Source: Felis catus
Taxonomy: Eukaryota
Assembly (NCBI RefSeq): GCF_018350175.1
Contig: NC_058368.1
Span: forward strand, 71,674,001 to 71,738,000
Direction of reading: 5' to 3'
Length of the DNA: 64,000 nucleotides
Shown here: positions 24,026 through 37,002 of the stretch, in pieces
Layout of the letters: every line of letters starts with the position of its first letter
How positions within the stretch are numbered: position 1 is the stretch's first letter
The notes under the pieces: model-generated
The model's input: the letters and a program-made list of their open reading frames with translations, nothing else
Told to the model about the DNA's origin: nothing
Databases searched by the model: none
Made by a program: the position numbers and the translations under genes

Positions 24026-27000
24026 CTGAAGAATGATATAAAAAATAAGGTATCGCACGATGCAAAAGCAACACACAGTTTTGCTGTGTACAGTTTTCAA
24101 ACATTTAAAACTGTTCAAACGTTGTTTTGTGATACTGCATCCTTCTCCCAGAAACATTTGGGAAGGCCAGCGGGGCCATACCCCGTTAAGAGGTTCTGAA
24201 GGGCAATCAGGGAAGTGTGTGACAGGGCAAAGGGGACAGAACAATAGTGAGGGGAAGATGGGCAACGGAGAGCAATGGTGGCTGCAGAGAGAGCACGAAT
24301 ATGCTAATGAGCTTTGCCACCTGCCTCCCAGAAGTGGCTGAAAGTTTGCAACTTGAAGCAAGTAGCTCGATTCAGGGTGCAGTGGAGGATGAGCCAGAGT
24401 CAAATGACCAGGAAAGGGCTAGGCTGTTGAGGACACCCACAAAAGCGCCATTTTCATTCAGCATCAATGAATTCATTTCTAGGATTCTCAAGGTAGGAGC
24501 TGGGGCCGATTTAATCCCCCCAAGACTCACAACCCCTCAGCAATCCAGAAGGGGCTCATTCAGCTGGAAAAAATAAGCAGGGAGAAGCAGGGAGAGACAA
24601 CTACCTGTCACGTAAGCAGTCGCAGCATTGTATGTGACCATGACCAAATGCCCCTGGTGTGTGTGAACTGGTTCTTGTATAGACTTGCATTTCCTCCAAA
24701 TAGTGCTCATTTCCAATCGGGCTGCGAAAAGGCACGGCCAAGTGTTTTTTTACCTGATCATCATGTGACCATGGCTGCCTGGATGGTCCCGTTCTACCAT
24801 AATGCTGGGAGATAAAGATGCCGAACTGTTCTTTGCTGACATCTGCCGGGGCTAGCTACTCACACCCGTCTACATTTGTGCTACTAAAGGGCCACACATG
24901 CTTTAGTGAGTATCAAACAGTAAGCTTAAACAACTAAAGTTGGTGGATGGGGGACAGGTTTGTTCCTTCTAGCTGCACCTTCTGTGAATTTTCCAGGCGG
25001 GCGTCCTGGAAAATATCTAGGATCGTGCATTTTATAAAGTGTAGAAGGACCAATTTCCTTGCCCTGTGATGGCCCATGGTACTCCTGAGAAACAGGCTGG
25101 GCATTTGGGCAAACAGCTCTGAAGCCACAACCTTTTTAGAGAGAGCTGGCAGAGAAAATTTTATATTTTGGAGATGTTGTCCAAAAAGGACTGAATGAAG
25201 ACGTTGTTACAAGATGTCAGCAAACAGCACTTCCGGAGCTCAGAGTCAATGTCTACGTTCCAAGCTGTGGTCGCTGAAACTCGTTCAAGGAAGTGTAAGG
25301 TTCTCCTGACATATTAGGTATGCTGGTAAAAAAGAAACCAAATGGATTGCATAGATTTGAAGTGGTTTCTAAGTACCTATGCTTTCTGATGACTTTCAAA
25401 TATTACCATTTAATCTAAAATCTGAGAAATAGGAAGTCCAGGGAACCTAAATCTACTTTAAAATGCTTCTCTACTTGCAAAGGAAGCAGAGTTAATTAGA
25501 GACAACTGATGGAGAGAGAAAAAGCAAGTTAGGAGTTCTCGGGGGACTCTGGATTCGTTTAAGGAATTTTTGAAATGCCCATGAGTGTGGACACCATTCA
25601 GGAGGACGTGGAGTCAGAGTCAGGTTTGGAGGACACGGTGGGGTCAGGATGGCATGTGTAGAGAGAGAAGCAGGGCTTGTACCGTCTTGGGGGGCTGCCG
25701 CTCTTGGCAAGGCAGAGCCTGAACCTTGAGTGGGGGTGTGAGGAGGCTGAGTGAGGTAATGGGGGAGGAAAAACTAAGTCAAAGTTCCCGAGTTTAAAGA
25801 TGGCACACTGACAGAAGGGGCATCAGGAGGAAAGAGAGGTTCTATGCTTCCATCTTGGTTATGTAACAGTGGGGTGGCCATGAAAGGATGCTTCAGGGGC
25901 TGCTGTTAGGTAACAGGGCTGCTCAGATGACAATCTGCCCCATAATCACAGGGGCACAAGGCATTGTGCACAGATACAGATCACTGTGCACATCAATGTC
26001 TTAAGAGGGAATCTGGAAGCCTGAATGTTTCACGGCCAAATGTGGGAAGCATTCAGCCATTTCACAGCTGTAACCGGGCACTTAATAAATGCCCATTAGC
26101 ACGCTGGATAGCAGAGGAGTTGTAAAAATGGGACTTGGGGCTCTGCCCTCGTGAAGTCTCCAGGCTCACTAATGAGATTTGTCAAGTTAATGATAATACA
26201 GAACAGCAAAGGCTTAGGCGAAGTGAGTTATATAGACAGCAGACACCTGTCCTGACTCTCCATCCCTAAGTCCCCACTACCTTGCCACCTCTGCAGAGAG
26301 TCCCCACCCAGTGCCCTTCAAGGACGGGCTAGAAGTAGCTGACCAACAGCAATGGGGGTCACTTCTGCAGCATCGTGAGAGGAAAATCTAAATTCCAAAT
26401 CCTGAACTTAAAACAATATATGAAGCAAGCACCCGGTGGCTGACACCACAGCTCAGGGAGTAACATCACGTCCCTCCTTTTGGCAGAACTGTTGCAAGGT
26501 TCTTATTTTGGATTTCATCTTCTGTTTCCTCATCTTAGGCTCAGCACCCTGGCCTACACAATTAGGATGCAAAATGTGTAGAGAAATAGGAAACCCATTT
26601 CTCCATTCTGCTCTATGGAGTATTTTCTACTTTATCTGGGGAAAAAAAATGATATGAACTGGAAGCCAAATGAACCGTGGGTTCTATCACCTTAATAGAG
26701 TTCTAGTTTATAGGCTATGGGGTGATAGAAAAATCAATACAATGGTTACATAGGCTGCATCTTGAAAATGACTGGCTGTAGCTGGTCACTGGACACTCCC
26801 AACCCATCCCCATGATGGGGATGCCTGGAGAGGTCGGTAGAAGGGAAAACCACAAAACTTGCCTTCTTTCCCTGGTTCTTTACAGGTAAGTCCATAAAAA
26901 ATAAAAATTAACCCCCTCAAAAAGTCATCTCTGGAGCAAAATCTAGAAACATCAAAATATTAACCGGGGCCATCAAACTCCCTGATATTTAAAAATGAGA

Positions 27001-27938
27001 CATGCATGAACTATCTTACTGTTGTTTTGGAAAACTATGCCGATAATGGTATGTGATGAGCAGAGGAGAAGTTAAGTAACATGGAACACACATGAATGAA
27101 TCACTTCCTTTAGGCCCGGTGTGATCAAAATTCGATACAGCTCCTGATTTTGAAAGAAAAAAATGCTGCCACAGAGGATGAAGGCACTGCATCTGAAAGT
27201 GTGTTTTCTGTAGCATCTGTGTTAGAAACCTAGGATGCTAGCTGCAAGTGCACAGTCCCTGACTCCACCCTGTCGACTGAGACAGCAGCCTGTGGGGAGG
27301 AATCTACGCATTTGTATCTAATACACTCCCTCACTGGTTCTGAGCCGCACGCTTGAAGTCTGAGATCACTGATGTTAGGAACACAGAGTCCCCTTCAGGC
27401 CACAGGGTGCCGTGCGCCTTCTGATTCGCAGTTGTCACTCCTGGCCAGTCCTGGGAGCCTAGATCTAGTATCTTTTGGTTCCACTGGTCAGACACTTCCA
27501 GGGCCTTGCAGATGACCTACAGCTTAACTCTAGATGAGGAAAAACTCTAAATGGGCAAGAACCAGTCCTGCATTCCCCATGGGCTGGAATTTTTTTGTGC
27601 AGAAGACCGCACCAACAAATCAGAGCTCCCACCTGCCTATGAGGGACAAAATCAAACAACTTCGTGCCAGGGTTGGGGCTGGGGCATCACTGCCTCCTCT
27701 CTGGGCTTCTCCTCCCCACCCCACATTTGAGCAATGGTGATGAATTCTGATGAGAAAGGACACAAAGTCTGTGCAAATCCATCTTTTGGGCAAATCCATC
27801 TTTTTGACCAAGCCACACTGGTACACTGCCCCCACTGTTTTTGCCTAATTCTGAATTTAACTGGGCAGAAGTAACATTTATGGCTTCTGTCAGATGCTGG
27901 CATTAATTGCAAGAAATCACAGCCTGCAGTTTACACAC

Positions 27939-28051
27939 CTTGTATTTCTGGGACTTCCCCAGCACATTTGCCAACGAGAACATCAGAGAGTGATCATTAG
28001 GTATTAATTCCAGCGCCTCTCTTCCAACTGCTTCAGCTTGGGCTAAATTAC
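27939..28051 (-). CDS. TMTC4: TMTC4 coding exon, TPR (NLAQAEAVGREALELIPNDHSLMFSLANVLGKSQKYK)
   Basis: 113 nt, phase 1/0; acceptor TTTTCCTTGCAG, donor AAG|GTGTGT. Confidence 0.95.
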
Positions 28052-28134
28052 CTGCAAGGAAAACATAGAAAAATTAAAAAAAAAAACATGTTAACATTGT
28101 ACTGGTATGACTTAAGAAAATCAATGAAGAATGC

Positions 28135-28665
28135 ATAACACACATATACACATGCAATATACACACAACACACAAACACCACACACATACACACAACACA
28201 GAACACATATACACACAGATAACACATACATACACATAGCACACACACACACACACAACACAGACACATACACACATGGCACATAACACACATATACACA
28301 GATGACACATACAGCACAGCACACACATATACATACACACAACATACACATACACACAACACATAACACACATACAGCACAACACACACATACACAACAC
28401 GTAATACACATATGCACAGATAACACACATACACACAGCACAACACACATATACATACACACAATACACAAACATTACATATACACAGCACAACATACAC
28501 ATATACATATACACACACAACACATAACACACGTCTATAGATAACACACACACAGCACACACATATACAAACATACAACACACACATCACACACATATAC
28601 ACATAACACACATGCACACAGATAACACACATACACATAGCACAACACACACGTATACATACTCA

Positions 28666-28702
<37 letters not shown>
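28135..28702. repeat. Long degenerate CA/TA microsatellite-minisatellite (~570 bp)
   Basis: Recurrent acacatatac, acacaac and acagataacac units ending in pure (CA)n. Confidence 0.95.
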
Positions 28703-28703
<1 letters not shown>

Positions 28704-29528
28704 CCCCATAAATTGCAAAGATACTGCAGTCTAGTGCAATTCTAACATAATATACAAACAGCTTTTGATTAAATTCTTTAAAAGCATATAAAACCTAGTT
28801 TTAATTTTTTCCCAGATACCAGTTATACCCACATCGGAGAAAACAAGTCTGCACCATAAGAGTATCCACAGTAACACTTTAATAACTGAGTATTTATCGT
28901 ATCGAAGTATACATTTTGTATTTTCATTAGAAGCACTGCTTAGATGGCTCACTAGCTTGAAATTCTGCCAAATTAAAACTATCATTTCTTATGGGCTGCT
29001 TGGATTTTCAAAAGTAGGGGAGCAGGGTAACTCCTGGTTGACCGAGCTAAGATCTGGGCTGAGGAACCACATCATCAAGTCTGTTAGCATCCTATCTAAA
29101 AGAAGAACCCATGACTCTGACTGTAGGTTTGAGGGCATCTCCTTTGACAACAGTCCATGAACTTTAGAGCATGGTCTTCACAGGTCGTAAACCCAGAAGC
29201 CATTTTTTCTCTTTTGGTGCCTCTAGCATGGGGACGGGCAATGCTAGATAACACACTTCAGACGAAACGAGATCTTAGCACCCATCTTCACCCCTGGCTC
29301 AGCACTAATTCCAAGTAAAGTGTCATTTTCCCACACATACCTGTTTCAATAGGTCAAAGGAAACTCTGTCCTCTAGAAGAACAGACATTTTTGTATTACC
29401 CCATATTATTTTTTTAAAACTAATACACACTAGAGAAAGAAAAAGCACGCTAATCTGTTTCCTAAGTATTCAATGGCACCGCATCATGGCTCCATTTCCT
29501 CCAATGTATTTAATTCACCTCTCCGTAC

Positions 29529-29643
29529 CTGTATTGTCAAGGAGTATGATCATGTTGTTCCAGGCCAAACTGTGCTCTGGTTTCAGCACAGTGGCGTTTC
29601 TCCACGCATTCAACGCATCGACATGACGATTCAGATCTGCGTA
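29529..29643 (-). CDS. TMTC4: TMTC4 coding exon, TPR (YADLNRHVDALNAWRNATVLKPEHSLAWNNMIILLDNT)
   Basis: 115 nt, phase 0/1; acceptor GTTTCCAG, donor CAG|GTACGG. Confidence 0.95.
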
Positions 29644-30264
29644 CTGGAAACAAAGCATGGCCCCCCAAAATCAGTATTCCAATGTTCTTGCTTCCTCTAG
29701 GACATAACCAAACCCCAAACCAAACCCCTACCAAGCCTAACTTATAATTACAGAACTTCTAATTTTTCGTATTAACTCGCTGAATCTCAAAATACCTCAC
29801 TGAAGTACATAACTATCCCCATTTTACAGATGAAACAGCAGAGGTACAGAAAAATTAAGTAATTTGCCCAAAGTTACACATCTAGAAATGGCAGAGTGGG
29901 GATGAGAACCAGGTAGTCTAGTTCCCAAGCCTACAACCTCTTAACTATAATTCATAATTTAGTGATCCCAGGTGCCAAATCATATTTGAGACTACTAGAG
30001 AGACAAAAATTAAAAACCGAATCATTATTCTTTTTACAGAAAGACTTCACATAGTCTATCGTTGATAAGGTATTATTTAAAGGGGTAAATAAATATTTAA
30101 TGTGATTAACAGCTACATATGACGAATTCGCCATGTGAAGAATGTTCTAGTAGGTGGTTTCTGCCTACATCTAAGCTACACAGAAAACGATGAGTGCGTT
30201 AGACATACTCAGTAAACTCCTTGGAAAAATCTTAAGCGGCAATGTGAAACACCTTGGCAATTTT

Positions 30265-30374
30265 TTTAAGATGTCATTTTTATGTAATCTCTATATCCAA
30301 CGTGGGGCTCGAACTAATAACCCAGACATCAAGAGTCACACGCTCTTAACTGATGGAGCCAGCCAGGCACCCCC
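30265..30374 (-). mobile_element. Short old Can-SINE
   Basis: gtggggctcgaac...atcaagagtcacacgctc...agccaggcacccc. Confidence 0.8.
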
Positions 30375-31141
30375 ATCTTGGCAATTTGAAGCCTGTTTGC
30401 CTCCTTTTGGAAGGAGAGAATGATCTGTCGCTTTCTTTTGAGAGGGCCTGTTGTTTAACACTGACAACAGCACAGAAAGCCTGGGTCTCAATCTGCATAG
30501 TTAATAAAAGCATTCCAAGGCAGAAAATGATGGATTTTTTTAGCAGGTGAACCTCTTGCCTTAACTGCGTTCAAATGCCCATGTCTTATTTGAATGAACT
30601 TCCTTTCACTCTACAAAAACTACACACGGTAACAATTTATCCAAGGTCAAGGCAATTTCCTTCCTTACTGGCAAGTCTGTCTTTTCATTAGAGGACAGAA
30701 ACGTTTTTATTTTCTCATGACCCACATGGTAAACAGGTGACATATGATGCAAGAAAAAGAAAGTTTTAATTATGGAAACCTTATAAATATCCATTTGCTA
30801 AAGATGTTGTCAGATTTCTCAGGAGGCTCAGAAACTCAGGTCACAATATTTCACCCTTAAACAAGGAAATGATGTGAAAAGTTCAAAAAGTAAAATAACT
30901 TAGGGTGCTAATTATATCAACATTTAATTGCCTGAATCTGAGTTTCCACTGATTTCTTGGTCAATTCTCTCTAGCAAGTGACATTCATTTGAGTTAATTT
31001 TAAGGGCAAAATCTGTGATGACATTCTTTCTAACACACAGGCAAACCAACATAACTTCATTAACACAACACCAAAATTCTTCACATAGGTTATTATTTCT
31101 TCTTATTATTATTACTATTTACTGAAGAATAACAACAAACT

Positions 31142-31357
31142 GGGGCGCCTGGGTGGCTCAGTCAGTTAAGCGTCCGACTTCAGCTCAGGTCACGATCTCA
31201 CGGTCCGTGAGTTCGAGCCCCGCGTCGGGCTCTGGGCTGATGGCTAAGAGCCTGGAGCCTGCTTCCGATTCTGTGTCTCCCTCTCTCTCTGCCCCTCCCC
31301 CGTTCATGCTCTGTCTCTCTCTGTCCCAAAAATAAATAAACGTTAAAAAAAAAAAAA
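31142..31357 (+). mobile_element. Young SINEC_Fc-type SINE
   Basis: CpGs retained; 18-bp TSD aagaataacaacaaactg. Confidence 0.95.
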
Positions 31358-31499
31358 GAATAACAACAAACTGAATTGGGCAAAATTTACTTTTATTTTG
31401 TCTCAACCTTTACCCTTCTTAGATTATCAATACAAAGTGAACAACACTTTTAGGGAAGCCGAGGAAAATGGTGACTTAGCCAGAACTACCATCCAGAAA

Positions 31500-32220
31500 G
31501 TAGACAGGCAATGAGCACATTATTTACCTCTTAGCTCTATGCCCATCCTTCTATACTCTGCAATATGCATTTCCCAGAGTCCTTTGCCACTTGGCCCCTT
31601 GTTAGGCTTCTGCCAACAGGAGTCACAGGTGACATCAGATGGCTTGAAGAGGGGCCCTTTCCCCCACTCTCCCATTGTTGCTCCTGTTCCTTGGCGGTGC
31701 ATCTGATGGGGCAATTCCTCCCACTCCCTACCCCCCACCCCCCACCTCCATGGTGCCAGGCTGGAAGCAGTGGTCCTTCTTCATGATCTTAGTTCTTGAG
31801 ATTATGGTAGCTCCTGAGATGGTAGCCCCCTCTCTGAGCCCTTCTATTCTGGTGGCACCACTTCCTCTTGTTTGTTACCCCAATGCTACAGGGTTTCCTT
31901 ACACTCTCACAGTTCATGTCATCTAACCAGTTCTATCTTCCAGCCTTCCAACAGTTGTCTAACCCATTCTCTGCACTGAATCTTCTCTATTTAAAATACT
32001 TAGCATAGGGGTGCCTGGCTGGCTTAGGAAGAGCATGTGACTCCTGATCTTGGGGTTGTAAGTTTGAGCCCATGTTGGGTGTAGAGATTACTAAAAAATA
32101 AGAATAAAAAAAAATAAAATAAATAAAATAAAATAAAATAAAATAAAATAAAATAAAATAAAATAAAATAAAATAAAATCGCATAGCTTCTGTTTTCCTA
32201 AATGGCTCCTGACTGATACA
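31500..32220. mobile_element. Old ERVL-type LTR fragment (LTR33/LTR16-like), interrupted by a SINE
   Basis: atgcatttcccagagtcctttgcc...; end gtttcctaaatggctcctgactgataca; family assignment tentative. Confidence 0.45.
32007..32178 (+). mobile_element. Short Can-SINE with (AAAAT)n tail
   Basis: ggggtgcctggctggct head; pentamer tail; flanking gcatag. Confidence 0.85.
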
Positions 32221-32802
32221 ATCAGTTCTTGCATAATGAACTGTCTCTAGTAATGCCTCCAGTCACTATTACTGCAATTCTCTAATAGTAACGTATCCCA
32301 AATAATCCAGCGTTTCCTAATTTTCTATTTCACAAGAAAACTACATTATATTCCCTTCTTATATGGGTGCAGAAATCAAAACACATTTCTGTCATTACTA
32401 AAGAGTGACTAAAGAGGATTTTTAAAAAGAAATTTTGTTATTAAGTTCGTCTTATTCACCAATATATAAATCTGTTGGTTGAGCTGTTAAAGATTAAGCT
32501 CTTAATGCTTTTAAGCTGTCAAGCAGGCAAAAGCTGGATAATTAAACAACAATGGAGAGAAAAATCTTTAAATAAGCAAGAGCAGTTGGCAGAAGGGAAC
32601 ATAGGAAGATCATTTTATGGTAGCATAATTAGTAAACAATACACATAGAGAGTGGCACAAGGTCTCAACACACTTAATACAACAGATGATCTTCTATGTG
32701 AAAGTGGGAATGAATCCCAAGGGCTGGTGTACATGGATAAAATCCCGAATCTTATATTCTATTTTCCTTTCTTTGGACATAACTCTTACAAAGGGTTCAT
32801 TT

Positions 32803-33027
32803 AGGGGTGCCTGGGTGGCTCAGTTGGTTGGGCGGCCGACTTCGGCTCAGGTCATGATCTTGCAGTCCGTGAGTTCAAGCCCCACGTCGGGCTCTGTGCT
32901 GACAGCTCAGAGCCTGAAGCCTGTTTCGGATTCTGTGTCTCCCTCTCTCTGACCCTCCCCCGTTCATGCTCTGTCTCTCTCTCTCTCAAAAATAAATAAA
33001 CGTTAAAAAAAAATTAAAAAAAAAAAA
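32803..33027 (+). mobile_element. Can-SINE (SINEC_Fc-like)
   Basis: TSD acaaagggttc. Confidence 0.92.
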
Positions 33028-33486
33028 CAACAAAGGGTTCGTTTAGCATAAATTCTCTACTTTCCAAACCCCAAGGAATTGCAGTGACAGGCAGTTACTA
33101 GGGGAAAGAAAAAGACTGCTAAGTTTTAGAGCCTGAAAGATAACCTAGAAGACTATAGGCAGATACACTCAGTTTGCAAACAATAATCTAAAAAGCTACC
33201 TTCAACGCTGAAGAAAAAAATGAAAGAAGAATTCATATGGATATCAAACACAATGTCACACAGGTATTAGTGTAATAGTCACAGTAAATAAAAACAGTAA
33301 TCCCTGTAATAACTGCCCAGTGCAAGTACTCAGAAAATACCCAATTTGCTCCCATCCCCCATTCTCACTTCATTAACTTTGCAAGGATCTGTCCTGCTTT
33401 GTATGTGCCTGAATTTTTTGGTCTCTACTTATATCATTATAGGTGAAGTTTTACTGTCTTCCCACCATCCTCCTCAGAGAGAACAA

Positions 33487-33991
33487 TGTAGGGTATCAAA
33501 ATGTGCTTCCCCAAATATACCACTTTGACATAAGGATTATTGCACTAACGACAATTGAGATTCAACAGATGCAGAAAGAAGCCTTCCAGGAGCTTCCCTT
33601 ATCTGACTCAAAGCAGAAACAGTGACGTAAGGACTGCCATAAACCCCCTATGGCCACGAAGGAGGACCCACACAAACCTTCATTAGTTTCTATATGCATT
33701 TACCCTCTGATAGCTTGCCACCCTTGGAAGTCTAAAACATCTTCCTTTCTTTTGTCACTTCTCTACAAATGTATTTTAATTACAAATGTATTTGTTAAGA
33801 TGCTATATAAGCCCAAGTTCTAACTGTCTCTTTGAGTTACTCATCACTGAATTTTTCCTATGTGTATGTATGATGCATGTGTTAATATACTCTGTTTCTT
33901 TTCTCTTGTTAATCTGTAGTCAGTCTGGTTTGCAGGGCCCCAAAGAAAGAACCTAAGAGGATAGAGGAAACTTTTTTATCCCTCTTTGACA
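33487..33991 (+). mobile_element. ERV1 solo LTR (MER34-like)
   Basis: TG start tgtagggt...ccccaaatataccactttgacataaggattatt; TATA ctatataagc; tcttgttaatctgt; ends in CA. Confidence 0.65.
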
Positions 33992-35004
33992 GCTTCTCAT
34001 TAGAATAATAGCTCTCCTTGAATCTTCAGGCTTCACAGAGAAAGCTGCTTCAACATCAATGTATGTAACTAGATCAGAATTTTAAAATGTAGAAGGAAAC
34101 AGAAATGTGGCCAAGGTCAAGTGGCTCTGGAGAAAGTTATGTGGGACAACAGGAATTGCCTGCTATCAATTTTCCTTGCTTAAACATCTTGCTGTTGCAC
34201 GGATTTAGTCACATTACTGTCACTTTCCTCCACGCCCAGGGAGAAACAATTCCTCTTTTCCACACTAGAGTGGGTATATAGAAATGGAAGCTTCCTAGAA
34301 TACATCATAGCTGAAACACATCTTCTATTCTTTGAAAAATAAACACAGGAGCCACTTCACTTTAAAATTTAGAACACCAGCGGTATCTGCCCATTTAAAG
34401 TGACCTATGCATAATTTGAAGTGACGTGTGCACAGTGGGAGAGGTGGAACGTCACCATCATTAGCCACACATTCCTGCCACCTTGTTTCCCCTGTTCATA
34501 AAATTCAGCCTCTGCAATGTGCACAATCATGACTACCCAGTCCAGACACAAAGCAGATTAGACCAAACATATTCCCATCAAGGTAATAACTGAAGACTGG
34601 ATTTTCAATAGTCTTAAAGCAACTCATGTTTTCTAGGTTGTCCTCCCCAAATAGTCTCTTCTGCTCTGAGCTGATCAGTCTGTCTGCTCAAAGCTCAAAT
34701 AGATCTGCTTCCCAAATGCAGGGCCAACAACAGGGTATTGAAATGTCCGGGGAATTTTGTTGGTTTGTTTTGTAAATACAGATCTTTTATGGAGCCTCTG
34801 ATTCCCTAAATCCAGGATGGGTGGAAAGACTTGGATGTTCAACCAGTTTTGGGACTGACTTGTTTTGATAACACAAGGACTCCATAAAAGCAAGTCTTTA
34901 GCACCCTTAAAGTGAGGATAAATAGGCATCTCTTTAAAACAACTTTGATGTAATCCTATCTGTGCACAAGGTTGGATAAAATCTGGAAAATTATATATAA
35001 AAAC

Positions 35005-35346
35005 TTCTTTTATTTAAAAAAAATTTTTTTTAATTTATTTATTTTGAGAGAGTGGGGGGGGGGCGGTGGAGGGGCAGAAAGAGAGAGAATCCTAAGCAGG
35101 CTCCACACTGTCAGTGCAGAGCCCGACGTGGGGCTTGATCCCATGACTGTGAGATCATGACCTGAGCCGAAATCAAGAGTTGGATGCTCAACTGACTGAG
35201 TCACACAGGTGCCCCAGTATACAGGGCAACCAACTTTGGCTCAGGTCACAATCTCACAGTTCATGAGTTCAAGCCCTGTGTTGGGCTCTCTGCTGTCAGT
35301 GTGGAACCTGCTTTGGATCCTCTGTCCCCCCCCTCCAAAAAAAAAA
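35005..35346. mobile_element. Head-to-head inverted Can-SINE pair (minus 35005-35215; 5'-truncated plus ~35228-35346)
   Basis: Two SINE bodies in opposite orientation about 12 bp apart. Confidence 0.85.
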
Positions 35347-36476
35347 GTCACATCACTATACATGTATTCCAGTTTGGCTAAAATGAGCAAAAAATTTTCC
35401 CTTCAATGTGTCATTTAATCAAACTGAATATATGACGAACATATGTAGTTTCTTGAAACCCAATTAAAAGCTTAACTGAAGGGAGAATATAATCTTTCTT
35501 GTTTAAAGAATTTTGCTCTTTGTAGGTAAGTCTTTTTCCTCCCAGCCTTATAGAGATGTAATTGGCATTTAACCTATGTAAATTTAAGGTGCACAAGATG
35601 ATGATTTGATACAGGTGTATATCATGAAATGATCACAGTGAAGTTAGTTCTACCTCCATCAAATCACATCATTACGTGTACAGTTCTTTTCCTTATTAGG
35701 AAAATCCAGAGCTTTAAGGATGAAGCTGTGTATCCTCATGGAGGGTTTTCAGAAGTGATGACTGATCTGTTTCACCATCGTTTGTCAATACATGTTTTCA
35801 GATTTTAAGATTACTGAACTTCTTGTATTAGCTACTGTTGTAATATTTATTTGAATAAAGAAATAAAGTATAAGAAAAGAAAATCAAGAGTCATCAGCTC
35901 TTTAGTCAGTAACTAAAAGAAGAAAGTCTCTATGGAACACATTCTTTCCTATTTCCATTGGACAATCTCAAAGCCTTTCAAATAAATCCTCCCGAGCTCT
36001 CTTTTATGGGGAGAACAGTTAGTACAAATGCCTGGGGACCCAGGGAGCTGTCCTTGGAGGAAGGAGAAGTTGGAAGCTCAGAAACCATATTATGGGTTTG
36101 TTTTTTTAATCTCCATTTTTATTCGTGTTTTAAAAACAGGGAAAACTGATGTTTATCAGGAAGTGACCTTTGGAGTACTGTTTTATAGGGCACAAGGGAT
36201 TTAAAAAATTCTAATTTATTCCTTGGTTTAACCTGTTGCCTTTGAGATAACTTAAACTTGGGTAATTCAAGTTGAATTGTTCTCTAATTAGAGCTTAGAA
36301 AGTTACAGACAAGGAAATCCAACAGCTACCTTCCAGTGATAAGCATATGTGAGAAAACTTTATAAGATGTAGGGTGCTAGCATGGGGGCTATTTCTGTCA
36401 TTTTATTATAAAAAGGAAAAAAAAAAAACCCAAAACACAAGCTTTTCTTCTGCAGCCACAGCCAACTTCTGCTTAC

Positions 36477-36618
36477 CAAACGTCCGAGGTTGTAGTAGCA
36501 ATCCGGGTACTTCCGTCTGTGTTTGATCGCCGTCCGGTAGCTTTGCTCGGCGGCTTCGAACCGTTTCAGACTGTTCTGCACTATGCCCAAATTCATCCAC
36601 GCGGCAGCAAAGTCTGGC
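36477..36618 (-). CDS. TMTC4: TMTC4 coding exon, TPR (PDFAAAWMNLGIVQNSLKRFEAAEQSYRTAIKHRRKYPDCYYNLGRL)
   Basis: 142 nt, phase 2/0; overlaps ORF-track 36360..36596; donor TTG|GTAAGC. Confidence 0.96.
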
Positions 36619-36753
36619 CTGGAAGAGAATTTTTTTTTTTAAAGATGAACAAGGAAAAGAAAGGCTAAGACCCCAGAATGCAGGCGCTCATCACTTTGCA
36701 TAATTATATGCAACTTAATTATATGCAGCATAATTGTAGAAAACAATGCTTAC

Positions 36754-36861
36754 TGTATTTGTACAGCCAAAGACAGCAGCTCTTCCGCTTCCTGTAGCTC
36801 ATTCCTTTCTTTTAAGATATTTCCAAGATTGTTCATGGCATGAACGTACTTGGGATTTAAT
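36754..36861 (-). CDS. TMTC4: TMTC4 coding exon, TPR (LNPKYVHAMNNLGNILKERNELQEAEELLSLAVQI)
   Basis: 108 nt, phase 2/2; acceptor CTGCTTCCAG, donor ACA|GTAAGC. Confidence 0.95.
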
Positions 36862-37002
36862 CTGGAAGCAGAGAGAGAAACCAAGCTGTCTGTTAAAGCT
36901 TGATAGTCTTCACTAAACTGTCAGGAATTGGCAAAGATATCTGAAAGTCGGGGGTCTTTGTAAATCCTAGACATGTATATAAATGAGACAAGCTTGCAGT
37001 AC

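Noticed and set aside
28048..28650. Cys/Val/Tyr-rich 200-aa ORF and overlapping ORFs
   Set aside because: Translations of the degenerate TG/CA repeat
31142..31225. tRNA-like A/B boxes at SINE heads
   Set aside because: tRNA-derived SINE heads, not functional tRNA genes
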